From: Spirochaetaceae bacterium
GTDB lineage: Bacteria; Spirochaetota; Spirochaetia; DSM-27196; SLST01
Assembly (NCBI GenBank): GCA_007118855.1
Contig: SKQU01000121.1
Coordinates: 1,748 to 65,747 of the forward strand
DNA: 64,000 nucleotides
Direction of reading: 5' to 3'
Below are positions 10,197 to 20,070 of this stretch, one piece after another. The position numbers and the translations under genes were made by a program. Every line of letters begins with the position of its first letter. Position 1 is the stretch's first letter. The notes below the pieces were generated by a model. The model did not search any database and had not been told where the DNA came from. It saw only the letters and a list, made by a program, of their open reading frames with translations.

Positions 10197-12818
10197 ATGC
10201 GACGCGCTCTTTCCATACTGCTCATCCTCGCCGCCGTGCCGATTCTCGCTCAGGAGAGCGACTGGTACCTTGGAGAAACGATCCGGGACATCCGATTCGT
10301 CGGACTCGCCTCCGTCTCCGAGAGCGAGCTGCGACCAATCGTTGAGCCGTACATAGGCGAGCCGTTTTCCGACCGGAATTTTCTGGAGCTGCAGCGCAGG
10401 CTCTACGCGCTCGACTACTTCACGAGCGTTCTGCCCGAGGCGGTTCGCCCGGAGACCGGCGACGGGGTCATCATCAGGTTCACCGTGGAGGAACGGGCCA
10501 CCGTCGGCGAGATACGCTTCGTGGGGAACCGCAGGATCAGGACCTCGGACCTGCTCGGCGAGGTTGTACTCTCAACCGGAGACATGATCACCCTCGCGAG
10601 GCGGCGGCGCGATGAGCAGGCGATCGCCGATCTCTATCTCAGGCGCGGCTACCCTGACGTACAGGTTTCGAGCCGTGTTGAGGAGCTCGATGCCGGGCCG
10701 CCGGTCAGGAACGCGGTGGTCTTCACCGTCTCCGAAGGGCGCCAGGTTACCGTCCGTGAGATCCGGTTCTCAGGCAACAGCTTCGCCTCCGCGTCGACCC
10801 TGCGGGGCCGCATGGACACGAAGGCTCAGAACATCTTCAATCCGGGAGTCTTCCAGGACCGTGTCCTCGAGGAGGACAAGCTCCGGATCGAGCAGTACTA
10901 CCGCGAGCGGGGATTCGTCGACGCGAGGGTGGTGGAGATCGTCCAGGAGACCGAACGCGATGAGGAAGCCGAACGGACCTACCTGACGCTGTCCGTGTTC
11001 ATTGAAGAGGGCAGCCAGTACACATTCGGCGGGATCGAGTTCCGCGGAAACACGATCTTCGACGACGAGCGGCTGCGCGGACTCATCCGGCTGCGTGACG
11101 AGGCAGTCCTGAACGCGGTGCGACTTGGCGAAGGACTCGCCGAGGTGCAGGATCTCTACTATCAGAGCGGCTATATCTTCAATCGCTTCGACGTGGAGGA
11201 GCTGCGCGACGAGCAGGCGCTCTCGATCGAGTATGCCATGCAGATCGTGGAGCAGCCACGCGCGCACATAGAGAACATCATCATACGCGGCAACGAGAAG
11301 ACCGACGACGACGTAATCCTGCGGGAGATACCGCTGCAGGTGGGCGATGTCTTCAGCGTCTCCCGCATACGTGAGGGCATCCAGAACCTGACGAATCTCC
11401 AGTACTTCTCCGCGATCAATCCGGAGACACCGGAGGGGAGCGTCGAAGGTCTCATGGACCTCGTCATCAACGTCGAAGAGGCGCAGACCGCGGACATCAC
11501 CTTCGGCATCGCGTTCGGCGGTGGAACCGAGTTCCCGATCTCGGCCCAGGTGGGATGGTCGGACCGGAACTTCCGCGGACGCGGACAAACCATCGGGTTC
11601 CAGACCCAGCTCTCTCCGGCGGAGCAGTTGCTCACCGTGAACTTCCTCGAACGCTGGTTCGCCGGAGAACGATGGTCGATCGGCGGCGACATCAACGTCA
11701 ACCGTTCGGTACGCGGGAACATCCCGCAGGACGTGCTCGCGCCGGTCTTCGGCGAAGACGACATCAACGCGGTCCCTGATCCATTCCAGGGCTACTACGT
11801 CTTCAGCAAGGACACGACCTACGACGGCACCCCCTACGAGGCGGGAGACGTGTTCCCCGACGAGGTGACGCCGGAGGTGATCTCCCAGTACAATCTCGTG
11901 ACGGACTATGAGTTTGCCGGCGGCAGATCGGCTATCCCCGAGCAGTACCTGATGGAGTACACCGAGTGGAATATCGGGATCGGAGCCAATACCGGATACC
12001 GGTTTCGCACCCCGCTCGGTACCCTGAGTCTGGGTACGGGCCTCAGATCGTCGCTGAGCTTCATCGGCTATGACCCGCTCGAGTATCGTCCCTTCGACGC
12101 CACGCTGCGCGAGAGCCTCTACGACTGGCAGCTGGTGAACCGGTGGTCACTGTCGGCGACGCTCGACAGACGCCGCGGGCTTGCGCTCAGTCCTTCATCT
12201 GGGTATGTGCTGAGCCAGAGGGTCACCTTCGTCGGCGGCTTCCTCTTCGGCGATCGTCACTTCATCCGGACCGATTCCCGGGCGGAAGGGTACCTGACGC
12301 TATGGGACATTCCCGTGTTCGAACGCTGGAACTACAAGACGGTCCTTGCCGCTCACTCCGGGATATCGTTTATCGTGCCGACCTTCTGGCTCCCGCCGAA
12401 GTACGCGGGAGCCGAGCGGCCTGTCGCCGGGCCGGAGCTGCTGGCAACCAACCAGATGTTCATTGCCCGCGGATGGTCCCCGGTGACCGGGGGGGAGGCG
12501 CTGTGGAACAACTGGCTCGAGCTGCGCTCGCCGATCGTCGAGCAGATCGTGTGGACCGACGCCTTCTTCGATGCCGTTGCGCTGTGGGATGAGCCCTCGA
12601 AGATCGGCACGATAGGCCCGCAGAACATGCTGTTCAGCCTGGGAGGCGGTCTGCGGTTCACCATTCCGCAGTTTCCCATCCGACTCTACCTCACGAAGAG
12701 GTTCCGGATCGACGAGACCGGTGCGCTCGAGTGGCAGGAGGGGCGGTTGTTCAACTTCCGTGACCGGCCGGATGGCGGACTCGACTTCGTCTTCGCGATC
12801 GGAGCAGACCTGTTCTAA
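10197..12818 (+). CDS. bamA: Outer membrane protein assembly factor BamA
   Basis: Signal peptide. Five POTRA-like repeats (IRFVGLASVSE, IRFVGNRRI, IRFSGNSFAS, IEFRGNTIFDD, IIIRGNEKTDD). C-terminal beta-barrel ending in an aromatic residue (…AIGADLF). Confidence 0.9.
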   Translation: MRRALSILLILAAVPILAQESDWYLGETIRDIRFVGLASVSESELRPIVEPYIGEPFSDRNFLELQRRLYALDYFTSVLPEAVRPETGDGVIIRFTVEERATVGEIRFVGNRRIRTSDLLGEVVLSTGDMITLARRRRDEQAIADLYLRRGYPDVQVSSRVEELDAGPPVRNAVVFTVSEGRQVTVREIRFSGNSFASASTLRGRMDTKAQNIFNPGVFQDRVLEEDKLRIEQYYRERGFVDARVVEIVQETERDEEAERTYLTLSVFIEEGSQYTFGGIEFRGNTIFDDERLRGLIRLRDEAVLNAVRLGEGLAEVQDLYYQSGYIFNRFDVEELRDEQALSIEYAMQIVEQPRAHIENIIIRGNEKTDDDVILREIPLQVGDVFSVSRIREGIQNLTNLQYFSAINPETPEGSVEGLMDLVINVEEAQTADITFGIAFGGGTEFPISAQVGWSDRNFRGRGQTIGFQTQLSPAEQLLTVNFLERWFAGERWSIGGDINVNRSVRGNIPQDVLAPVFGEDDINAVPDPFQGYYVFSKDTTYDGTPYEAGDVFPDEVTPEVISQYNLVTDYEFAGGRSAIPEQYLMEYTEWNIGIGANTGYRFRTPLGTLSLGTGLRSSLSFIGYDPLEYRPFDATLRESLYDWQLVNRWSLSATLDRRRGLALSPSSGYVLSQRVTFVGGFLFGDRHFIRTDSRAEGYLTLWDIPVFERWNYKTVLAAHSGISFIVPTFWLPPKYAGAERPVAGPELLATNQMFIARGWSPVTGGEALWNNWLELRSPIVEQIVWTDAFFDAVALWDEPSKIGTIGPQNMLFSLGGGLRFTIPQFPIRLYLTKRFRIDETGALEWQEGRLFNFRDRPDGGLDFVFAIGADLF

Positions 12819-12823
12819 GGAGC

Positions 12824-13390
12824 ATGAACATGAATCGTAGTACCCGGCCCCGCGGGGTCGTCCGCCTTGCGGGAGTCACGCTGGTTGTCCTCCTGCTGTC
12901 ACTTGCCGGCGTTTCCGCGTCGGCTCAACAGCTGACGACAACCGCGGTCTTCGACCTCGAGCAGGTGTTGCTGAACTTCTACCAGGATTCGGCCGCGGTG
13001 AGGGAGTATCGTCGGGCGGAGCAGGAGTTCCGGGCCGATCTGCGGGCCGCCGAGCAGCTGCTCGAGGACTATCAACGCAGACGAACCACGGCGCTCGATC
13101 GCAACGACAGCCGGACCGCCGCCCGCCTGCGGGAGGATATCGAGGCGCTGCAGGAGGACATCATCGCGATGCGAGAGCGATGGTTTGCCGAACAGCGCGC
13201 CCTCCAGAATCAGCTGGCCGGTGAGGAGTTCTACCAGCGTCTCTACGACACCGTCGGGTTCGTCGCGCAGGACAACGGTTACACATCGGTCCTTGAAGCG
13301 AGCGCGCTCGGCACGGGCCTCTTCTGGTACAGCCCGGAGGTCGACATCACGGACAAGATCATACGGGAGCTGCTCGCCCGGTACCGCTGA
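12824..13390 (+). CDS. skp: OmpH/Skp-like periplasmic chaperone
   Basis: Signal peptide plus a Q/E/R-rich coiled-coil body, 188 aa. Conserved position after bamA. Confidence 0.7.
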   Translation: MNMNRSTRPRGVVRLAGVTLVVLLLSLAGVSASAQQLTTTAVFDLEQVLLNFYQDSAAVREYRRAEQEFRADLRAAEQLLEDYQRRRTTALDRNDSRTAARLREDIEALQEDIIAMRERWFAEQRALQNQLAGEEFYQRLYDTVGFVAQDNGYTSVLEASALGTGLFWYSPEVDITDKIIRELLARYR

Positions 13391-15981
13391 TGTCCGACGC
13401 CACGCCGATGATGCAACAGTATGCCCGGATCAAGGACCGGCACCGGGACGCGATACTGTTCTTCCGACTCGGCGACTTCTACGAGATGTTCAGAGGCGAT
13501 GCGGTCGAAGCGTCGCAGATGCTCGGATTGACCCTCACGAGTCGGCAGGGCGTGCCTATGTGCGGGGTGCCCTTCCACGCGTCAAGAACATACATCGCGC
13601 GCCTGATTCGCGCGGGACGCAAGGTCGCCGTGTGCGAACAGGTGAAGCAACCCGACGGCAAGGGCCTCGCGGACCGTGAAGTGGTGGAGATCGTCACCCC
13701 GGGTACCGTCGTGGAGGAGGATTACCTCGAGGCGAGCCTCAACAACTACCTGATGGCGGTCGCCGCGGCCGCCGGCCGGCTTTCGGTCGCGTACATCGAC
13801 CTGTCCACCGGCGAGTTCGGGATCGGATCGGCGGCGATCGCCGAAGCCGCCGCCTATCTGCGGCGCGAGCTCGCGCGTCTGCAGCCTCGCGAGGCGCTCG
13901 TCCAGCAATCGCTGCTCGAGCACGACGGGATCTCGCGAGCGCTCGAGGAACGAAGCGGTCTGCTCGTGAACCGGTATCCGGACTGGAACTTCGACGTGCG
14001 CGGCTCGCACGAACGGGTGTGCCGGATACTCGGGGTCCTGAGTCTGAAGGCGTTCGGGGTTGATGGAGACTCCCCCGCGCCGCTCGCGGCCGGTCTCCTG
14101 CTCGATTACGTGGACGACACGGCCCGCAGCGTCCTCTCGCACGTCCGCACCCTTCGCGTCGACGAGAGCCACAACTGCGTCGGCCTCGACGAAAGCACGA
14201 TCCGCAACCTCGAGCTCGTCGCCAACCTCCAGGACGGATCGCGGCGGTACACGCTGATCGAGGTTATCAGCTTCACCCGAACGGCCATGGGAGGCCGGCT
14301 TCTGCGCCAGTGGCTACTTGCTCCCCTTCGGGACATCGACGAGATCCGGCGCCGGCAGGCACAGGTCACACTCCTGTACCGCCGTCAGCGGGACCTCGGC
14401 CGCCTGCGGGACGAGCTCGGCAAGGTGCTCGACCTCGAGCGGCTCGCCGGACGCGTAGCGATGGAGCGGGCGCATGCGAAGGATCTGGTCGCCGTGCGCA
14501 CGTCGCTCGATCACGCGCTGCAGCTGCACGGCAGCCTCGCGGACGGACCGACCGCGGAGCTCGAGTTCTGCCGTTCCTTCGACGCCGAAGCGCGCCGGCG
14601 GTGTCTCGAGCTCAGCCGACTTCTCAGACGGGCGCTCGTGGACGAGCCGTCCACCCTCCTCACGGAGGGCAACATGATCCGCCGCGGATACGACGCCCGT
14701 CTTGATGAGCTGCACGACCTCCGCGACAATTCGCGGGGAGTCCTCGAGCAGTACGTCGCCGAGGAGCGCGAGGAGTGCGGCATTCCGACCCTCAAAGTCC
14801 GCTACAATCGGGTCATCGGGCACTACCTTGAGGTGACGAAGACGAACGCCGAACGCGTACCCGCACACTTCGTGCGGCGGCAGAGCCTCGCGAACGCCGA
14901 GCGCTTCTCGACCGAGCGGCTTTCGATGATCGAGAGCCGGCTCAATGACGCGGCCGAGCGGATCATGGAGACCGAACGCGAGCTGTTCCTTGCGCTGCGC
15001 GACGAGGTGGCAGGACGCACCGGCGACCTGCTCGATCTCGCGGAGGCTCTCGCTCGGCTGGATGTGCTGCAGTCGCTCGCGCAGGCGGCGACGGTGCGCG
15101 GGTACGCGGCGCCGCGCCTCGCGACCGACGAGCGGCTCGTCGTCACCGCCGGCCGGCATCCGGTGGTGGAGGCTCATCTGCCTTCCGGGGCCTTCGTGCC
15201 CAACGGCATCACCCTGGATACCGCCGACACCTTCTTCGCGCTGATCACCGGACCCAATATGGCCGGCAAGAGCACCTATCTGCGACAGACCGCACTGATC
15301 GTGCTGCTCGCGCAGATGGGCGGCTACGTCCCGGCGGACGAGGCCGAGATAGGGCTCGTTGACCGCGTCTTCTGCCGCGTCGGGGCGAGCGACAATCTCG
15401 CCCGGGGGGAGTCCACCTTTCTCGTCGAGATGAACGAGGCCGCCTTCATCCTCAGGACCGCCACGAGTCGGAGTCTTGTCATCATGGACGAGATCGGGCG
15501 GGGAACGAGCACGAACGACGGCCTCGCCATCGCACAGGCGGTGACCGAGTACCTCATCCACACGATCCGGCCCCGGACGCTCTTTGCCACTCATTTCCAC
15601 GAGCTGACCGAGCTCGAGGCGCAGGGGCTGTGCAACCTGTCGCTGACGGTGAGCGAGGAAGGCAGCCAGGTCGTCTTCCTCAAGCGGGTCGTTGAAGGCC
15701 CATCAAACAACTCCTACGGGATCCACGTGGCCAGGCTCGCGGGGGTACCGGCGGCCGTGATCTCGCGCGCCAACGAGATTCTTGAATTCCTGCTCTCGCG
15801 GGAGGAGGCTTCGGGTGCCCCGGTGCGGCGGCCGCGTGCCGACGATCAGCCTGCACAGGCGGGTCTGTTCGATCCGGGGGAGCTGATTCTCCAGGAACTC
15901 GCCTCCATCGACCTCGATGAGATGCGGCCCGTCGATGCGCTTGCCCGCCTCGCTCGATGGCAGGAGGAGCTCTCGAGATAG
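13390..15981 (+). CDS. mutS: DNA mismatch repair protein MutS
   Basis: MMQQYARIKDRHRDAILFFRLGDFYEMF mismatch-binding N-terminus, Walker A GPNMAGKSTYLRQ, DEIGRGTST. Confidence 0.97.
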   Translation: MSDATPMMQQYARIKDRHRDAILFFRLGDFYEMFRGDAVEASQMLGLTLTSRQGVPMCGVPFHASRTYIARLIRAGRKVAVCEQVKQPDGKGLADREVVEIVTPGTVVEEDYLEASLNNYLMAVAAAAGRLSVAYIDLSTGEFGIGSAAIAEAAAYLRRELARLQPREALVQQSLLEHDGISRALEERSGLLVNRYPDWNFDVRGSHERVCRILGVLSLKAFGVDGDSPAPLAAGLLLDYVDDTARSVLSHVRTLRVDESHNCVGLDESTIRNLELVANLQDGSRRYTLIEVISFTRTAMGGRLLRQWLLAPLRDIDEIRRRQAQVTLLYRRQRDLGRLRDELGKVLDLERLAGRVAMERAHAKDLVAVRTSLDHALQLHGSLADGPTAELEFCRSFDAEARRRCLELSRLLRRALVDEPSTLLTEGNMIRRGYDARLDELHDLRDNSRGVLEQYVAEEREECGIPTLKVRYNRVIGHYLEVTKTNAERVPAHFVRRQSLANAERFSTERLSMIESRLNDAAERIMETERELFLALRDEVAGRTGDLLDLAEALARLDVLQSLAQAATVRGYAAPRLATDERLVVTAGRHPVVEAHLPSGAFVPNGITLDTADTFFALITGPNMAGKSTYLRQTALIVLLAQMGGYVPADEAEIGLVDRVFCRVGASDNLARGESTFLVEMNEAAFILRTATSRSLVIMDEIGRGTSTNDGLAIAQAVTEYLIHTIRPRTLFATHFHELTELEAQGLCNLSLTVSEEGSQVVFLKRVVEGPSNNSYGIHVARLAGVPAAVISRANEILEFLLSREEASGAPVRRPRADDQPAQAGLFDPGELILQELASIDLDEMRPVDALARLARWQEELSR

Positions 15982-15985
15982 GGGC

Positions 15986-16765
15986 TCACAGCCCGAGTCG
16001 CACGAGCACTGCAGCCACGAAGACTCCCATCGCCAGGAGTCCCGCGATCGCGGAGGCTTTCAGGTTCCAGAAGAACAGCTGCCCAATGAACTGCAGGAGC
16101 CAGGTGACGGTGAAGACCAGTATCAGCGACGCCTGCGGAATACGGTCGAACAGGGCAATGCCGAAGGCACGAGCGATCAGCGCTGAGAGCGCGGTGATCG
16201 CGAACGCGACGATGAACCACCCCAGGTAGTTCACCAGGGGAATCCCGAGGTAGGCGCCTGCGCGTCGCCAGCGCCAGAAGTCCCATCGCACCATGAGCGG
16301 GTCGAGGTAGACGTCCCACGCGGTGAAGGCGGCCGCGGCAATCGCCCATTGCGCGAGCGGCCTGCCCGGAGCCGCCACGGATCCGACAGCCCAGGCGGGC
16401 GGCATCATCATGAGCCAGGCAAGCGGAATGAGGATCGGAACCTTCGCGATCTGCGGCTGCAGGACGTCGGTGTAGTGGTACTCGCCGAAGGGGACTCCGG
16501 TCTTCGAACCGAGAACCTCGCTCGCCCACCCGAGCACCGGGATGATCGCGATAACAACGAGCGTGAACCAGCCGAGCGTAGAGGCGAGCGCGGCGATGAC
16601 GACGGCGACCTGCGCGAAGACTCCGGCCGCGATACCCGCGCGCTCTGCGCCGGCCCCGGCCGTCCATCTGATGACCGGGACGCTGATCATGACCAGAATC
16701 CAGAGTGCGGAGAGAACAGACACGGTCGTGACAGATCGGTAGACGGAGGTGAAGAGCTCGATCAT
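15986..16765 (-). CDS. Polytopic membrane protein, probable carotenoid biosynthesis protein (CruF-like hydratase family)
   Basis: About 7 predicted TM helices, W-rich loop (DPLMVRWDFWRWRRAG), start abuts the stop of the lycopene cyclase gene. The family call rests on resemblance and context only. Confidence 0.45.
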   Translation of the reverse strand: MIELFTSVYRSVTTVSVLSALWILVMISVPVIRWTAGAGAERAGIAAGVFAQVAVVIAALASTLGWFTLVVIAIIPVLGWASEVLGSKTGVPFGEYHYTDVLQPQIAKVPILIPLAWLMMMPPAWAVGSVAAPGRPLAQWAIAAAAFTAWDVYLDPLMVRWDFWRWRRAGAYLGIPLVNYLGWFIVAFAITALSALIARAFGIALFDRIPQASLILVFTVTWLLQFIGQLFFWNLKASAIAGLLAMGVFVAAVLVRLGL

Positions 16766-17923
16766 CTATACCCTCTTTAGCACATGGGTTCGCCAGAACG
16801 CGGCGAGGAAGGGCAGAATGGGGACGCTAGCCATGACCGCGATCGTCTGCGCGGGCGAGGTCTCCTCATCGAGAAACCGCAGCAGACGGTCGATCGGGTT
16901 GCGCCGGAACAGCGCGGTGAACACCCGTTCACTGAGCTCGCCGCGCCGGTACATCACCTGCAGCAGCATCGTGTCGAGCATGCGCGCACCGCGAGGCGGC
17001 GCCGGCAGGTCGAACGGGTGGTCGCGGCGAAGGAGTGATTGCACGATCGCCTGCGAGTCGAGCTGGGTGCGGCGGAACGCATACCCGGTACTCGCCTTGA
17101 CCCGTCCGCCCCGTGTACCGATCGCAAGCGTTCGCCGGCCCTCGCGTCTGACGACCGGCTCGTCGGTCATGGGAATCACACCGCGTTCGCGGTCCACCAC
17201 CCGGTACTCGGTGACGCCTGCGACCTCGCGCAGATAGGTCTCGATCGCACGCACGTACTCGGCATCGGACAGGAGTTCGGCGGAGAAGAGCGTGTATTCC
17301 ACGAGCGCCCGCCGCTCGCAGAAGGGCATGACGTAGAAGAACCGCATCTCGTCGTGGGCCGGCGTGCGGAAGTCGAAGAGCGTGGGTGTGTGCGGATCGA
17401 AGACCGGCTGCGCCGTCTCAACAACCCAGCCGACGAAGTGCTGCTTGAGGTAATGATGCGGACCGCAACGCTGCTCGTACTCTTGCGGCTCGAACCGGCT
17501 GTCGAAGACCCAGCCGGCGAGGACCGTTCGGTGCTCGGTTTCGACCCGGGCGCACTCTTCGTCGTCCTCGATCCGCAGAACCCGGCCGCGCTCGAACTCG
17601 ACGCCCGGATGTCGTTCGAGCCGATCGAGCGTTTCGCGGTAGAAATCCTCGCCCCTGACCATCGCGTAGCGGTAGTCTCCCAGGTCGAAGTCATGGGCCC
17701 AGGAGTGCGAGACGAACCGCAGCACCGACCAGTCGCGCGAGACGATCGCTTCAATCGGGTGCCCGTCCCGCGTCCAGTAGCACCAGGTGCGATCGTTCTC
17801 GCCCTTGGTTTCCGGATCGACGATGAGTATTGACTTGTCGGTGAGCCCGCTGCCGGCGATCGCGTAGGCGAGACTCAGGCCGGCCATGCCTCCGCCGGCC
17901 ATCACGTAGTCGTAGCGGCGCAT
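16766..17923 (-). CDS. Lycopene cyclase family protein (CrtY/CrtL-type, FAD-dependent)
   Basis: N-terminal dinucleotide fold YDYVMAGGGMAGLSLAY, about 385 aa, overall similarity to lycopene beta-cyclases. The ORF is open to 17959, but MRRYDYVMAGGG (start at 17923) is the more likely start. Confidence 0.7.
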   Translation of the reverse strand: MRRYDYVMAGGGMAGLSLAYAIAGSGLTDKSILIVDPETKGENDRTWCYWTRDGHPIEAIVSRDWSVLRFVSHSWAHDFDLGDYRYAMVRGEDFYRETLDRLERHPGVEFERGRVLRIEDDEECARVETEHRTVLAGWVFDSRFEPQEYEQRCGPHHYLKQHFVGWVVETAQPVFDPHTPTLFDFRTPAHDEMRFFYVMPFCERRALVEYTLFSAELLSDAEYVRAIETYLREVAGVTEYRVVDRERGVIPMTDEPVVRREGRRTLAIGTRGGRVKASTGYAFRRTQLDSQAIVQSLLRRDHPFDLPAPPRGARMLDTMLLQVMYRRGELSERVFTALFRRNPIDRLLRFLDEETSPAQTIAVMASVPILPFLAAFWRTHVLKRV

Positions 17924-17994
17924 TGGCAGAAACGTATCGCAAGAGGGCGGGGTTGGCAAAGGGTATCGAAGCGTTCGGGTTGTCTTCGCCGTCT

Positions 17995-18714
17995 ATGCTC
18001 CATATGGGGCTTCTCGACGTCTGTCTTCCAGCGCGCTGTCTCGCCTGCGGCGCCGCCTACCGCTACGGCGAGCGTCCGGGACACGAGCTGCTGCAGGGGT
18101 ACGCGCTCTGTCCCTCCTGTCGGATCCAATGCGAGCCGGTCTGCGCGGCTAACCGCTGCAACGTGTGCAGCGTACCGGTACCCCGGTTCATCGTGGTCTG
18201 TGAACGATGCCGGCGCGAGGCATTCGCATTCCAGAGGGCGATCGCGGTGCATCGCTACTCCGGTGTCGCCGCGCGGGTGATCGAGTCGTTCAAGTTCGGA
18301 TCACACCGCAGCCTCGGACGCTTCATGGCCGCCGAGCTCGCGACCGTTCTCGCCGACTCCTTTCCCTCAGGGGCGCCGCTCGTTCCGGTGCCTTCGTCCC
18401 GAGCATCGGTTCGCCGGCGCGGATTCGCCGGCGCCCTGGTCATCGCCCGAGAGCTTGCGCGACTCACCGACTCCCGCCTCCAGGAGCTCCTGCGCTCGCG
18501 TCACGCGCGTTCCCAGAAGGCGCTCTCCTATCAGGACCGACGCGCCAACGCGCTCGCCTCTCTGTCGCTGCGGCCGGGAGCAGCGGTTCCAGTGCGGGCA
18601 ATTCTCGTGGACGACGTGCTCACGACCGGCGCGACCGCGGACAGCTGCGCCCGCAGGCTGATCGAGGGCGGGGCGAAGGAAGTGTTTCTCCTCGCTTACG
18701 CCATCGAGTACTGA
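17995..18714 (+). CDS. comF: ComF family phosphoribosyltransferase-domain protein
   Basis: Cys-rich N-terminus (CLACG…CPSC…CNVC…CERC) and PRTase motif ILVDDVLTTGATA. Start chosen at MLHMGLL to avoid overlap with the divergent cyclase gene. Confidence 0.8.
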   Translation: MLHMGLLDVCLPARCLACGAAYRYGERPGHELLQGYALCPSCRIQCEPVCAANRCNVCSVPVPRFIVVCERCRREAFAFQRAIAVHRYSGVAARVIESFKFGSHRSLGRFMAAELATVLADSFPSGAPLVPVPSSRASVRRRGFAGALVIARELARLTDSRLQELLRSRHARSQKALSYQDRRANALASLSLRPGAAVPVRAILVDDVLTTGATADSCARRLIEGGAKEVFLLAYAIEY

Positions 18715-18755
18715 TCGCCTTCTCCCGGGCGACCGATTCGTCCTATGATCATCGC

Positions 18756-19976
18756 ATGCCGTGGGATCCCTATCTGGAATCGTTGACTTTTCGTCGAGTT
18801 CGCTACCGGTACCGTGGATGCAGTCTCGAGTTCGATCTCTCGCAGGCGCTTTTCTCGAGCGCCGGCGTTGATACCGGAACCCAACTCCTGCTCGGGCTCC
18901 TTGACGAGCACCTCGACCGCCGCTCCTATGGCCGTGTGGTCGACGTCGGCTGCGGCACCGGAACGCTCGGTATCGCGATCGCCGGCAGCAGCGGGATCGG
19001 TCTCGAGGCAGTCGATCGCGACGCGCTCGCGGTGGCCTTCACCGAGCGCAATGCGCGGGTCAACGGAATAGAACCGGCGCAGGTGCGTCCTGCGCTCGCG
19101 CCGCCGGCCTGTTCAGGCGCAGGGCTCTCTGCCGGACCTGATCTCGTGGTCTGCAACCTGCCGGCCAAGGCCGGGGAGCCGGTGCTCCGCATGCTGATCT
19201 CGCGAATGAGTCGCCTGGCGATGCAGTCGGGAGGGGCATGTGCCGTGGTCATCGTCACACCGTTATCCGAACTGCTCGCCGACGAGCTTCGGTCGCTGCG
19301 CGTGGAGGTGACGGCTGAACGGCGTACCGTCAACCACGTCGCGGCGGTCTTCCGCGAAGCGGTCCTCTGTGAACCTCGCGAAGAGCCGGAGCTGTCGGCC
19401 TTCTTTCGCGGAATCTGCGAGTTCGAGGGTCCGCGCCGGCCGTACCGGCTGCAATCGGTCTACAACCTGCCGGAGTTCGACGGGCTGAGCTATCGCACGG
19501 CCGTGGCCTTCGGCTTGCTGCGCGGACGCCGGATCACCGGATCGGTCCTTCTCTACGGATGCGGGCAGGGGCACCTGCTGGTCGGACTCTCCCAGACGGT
19601 GAAGCGGGACGCGACCTTGGTCGTGACCGACCGTGATCTGCTCGCACTCGAGATCACCGCCTTCAACGCTGAACGGTGCGGTCGAGCGGGGGTCGCTACC
19701 AGAGTCGTGCCCGGAATCGCTGCGGTCTGCGGCGCGGCGGATCCCGGATCGATCGACCTGCTCGTCGTCAACGATGATCCGGTCTCCGGCTCGAGCTGGA
19801 ACGACGCGGTGCGCGACTCGGCAGACACGCTGCTGACGCCCGGCGGGCATCTGCTGCTCGTGTCGCGCAGCACGCCAGTCACCCGTTTCGAGCGCACCGC
19901 CGGCGACCGGCTCAGGCTGACGGAAGACCGCAGGATGCACGGATACCGCGCCGCACTGTTCCGGCGCAAAGATTGA
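18756..19976 (+). CDS. Two-domain class I SAM methyltransferase (RsmC/RlmG-like architecture)
   Basis: N-terminal half has VVDVGCGTGTLGI and VVCNLPAK. C-terminal half has VLLYGCGQGHLL and LVVNDDP. The track ORF starting at 18207 overlaps comF out of frame and was trimmed to the ATG at 18756. Confidence 0.7.
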   Translation: MPWDPYLESLTFRRVRYRYRGCSLEFDLSQALFSSAGVDTGTQLLLGLLDEHLDRRSYGRVVDVGCGTGTLGIAIAGSSGIGLEAVDRDALAVAFTERNARVNGIEPAQVRPALAPPACSGAGLSAGPDLVVCNLPAKAGEPVLRMLISRMSRLAMQSGGACAVVIVTPLSELLADELRSLRVEVTAERRTVNHVAAVFREAVLCEPREEPELSAFFRGICEFEGPRRPYRLQSVYNLPEFDGLSYRTAVAFGLLRGRRITGSVLLYGCGQGHLLVGLSQTVKRDATLVVTDRDLLALEITAFNAERCGRAGVATRVVPGIAAVCGAADPGSIDLLVVNDDPVSGSSWNDAVRDSADTLLTPGGHLLLVSRSTPVTRFERTAGDRLRLTEDRRMHGYRAALFRRKD

Positions 19977-20024
19977 CACCGGGCCGGTTCCTTTGGTAGT
20001 CTTACGTCATCAGTCTTCCCGATG

Positions 20025-20050
20025 AAGAGTCGGCCACCGACTCTTTTTTT
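20025..20050 (+). terminator. Rho-independent terminator
   Basis: AAGAGTCGG-cca-CCGACTCTT, a 9-bp stem followed by a T-run to 20050. Lies 48 nt after the methyltransferase stop and before rimP. Confidence 0.7.
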
Positions 20051-20070
20051 ATGTTCGGGAAGGGGGTGAC

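Noticed and set aside
19977-20070. Possible tRNA or small RNA in the gap before rimP
   Set aside because: No cloverleaf or conserved tRNA boxes can be drawn. The only structure is a canonical hairpin plus T-run terminator.
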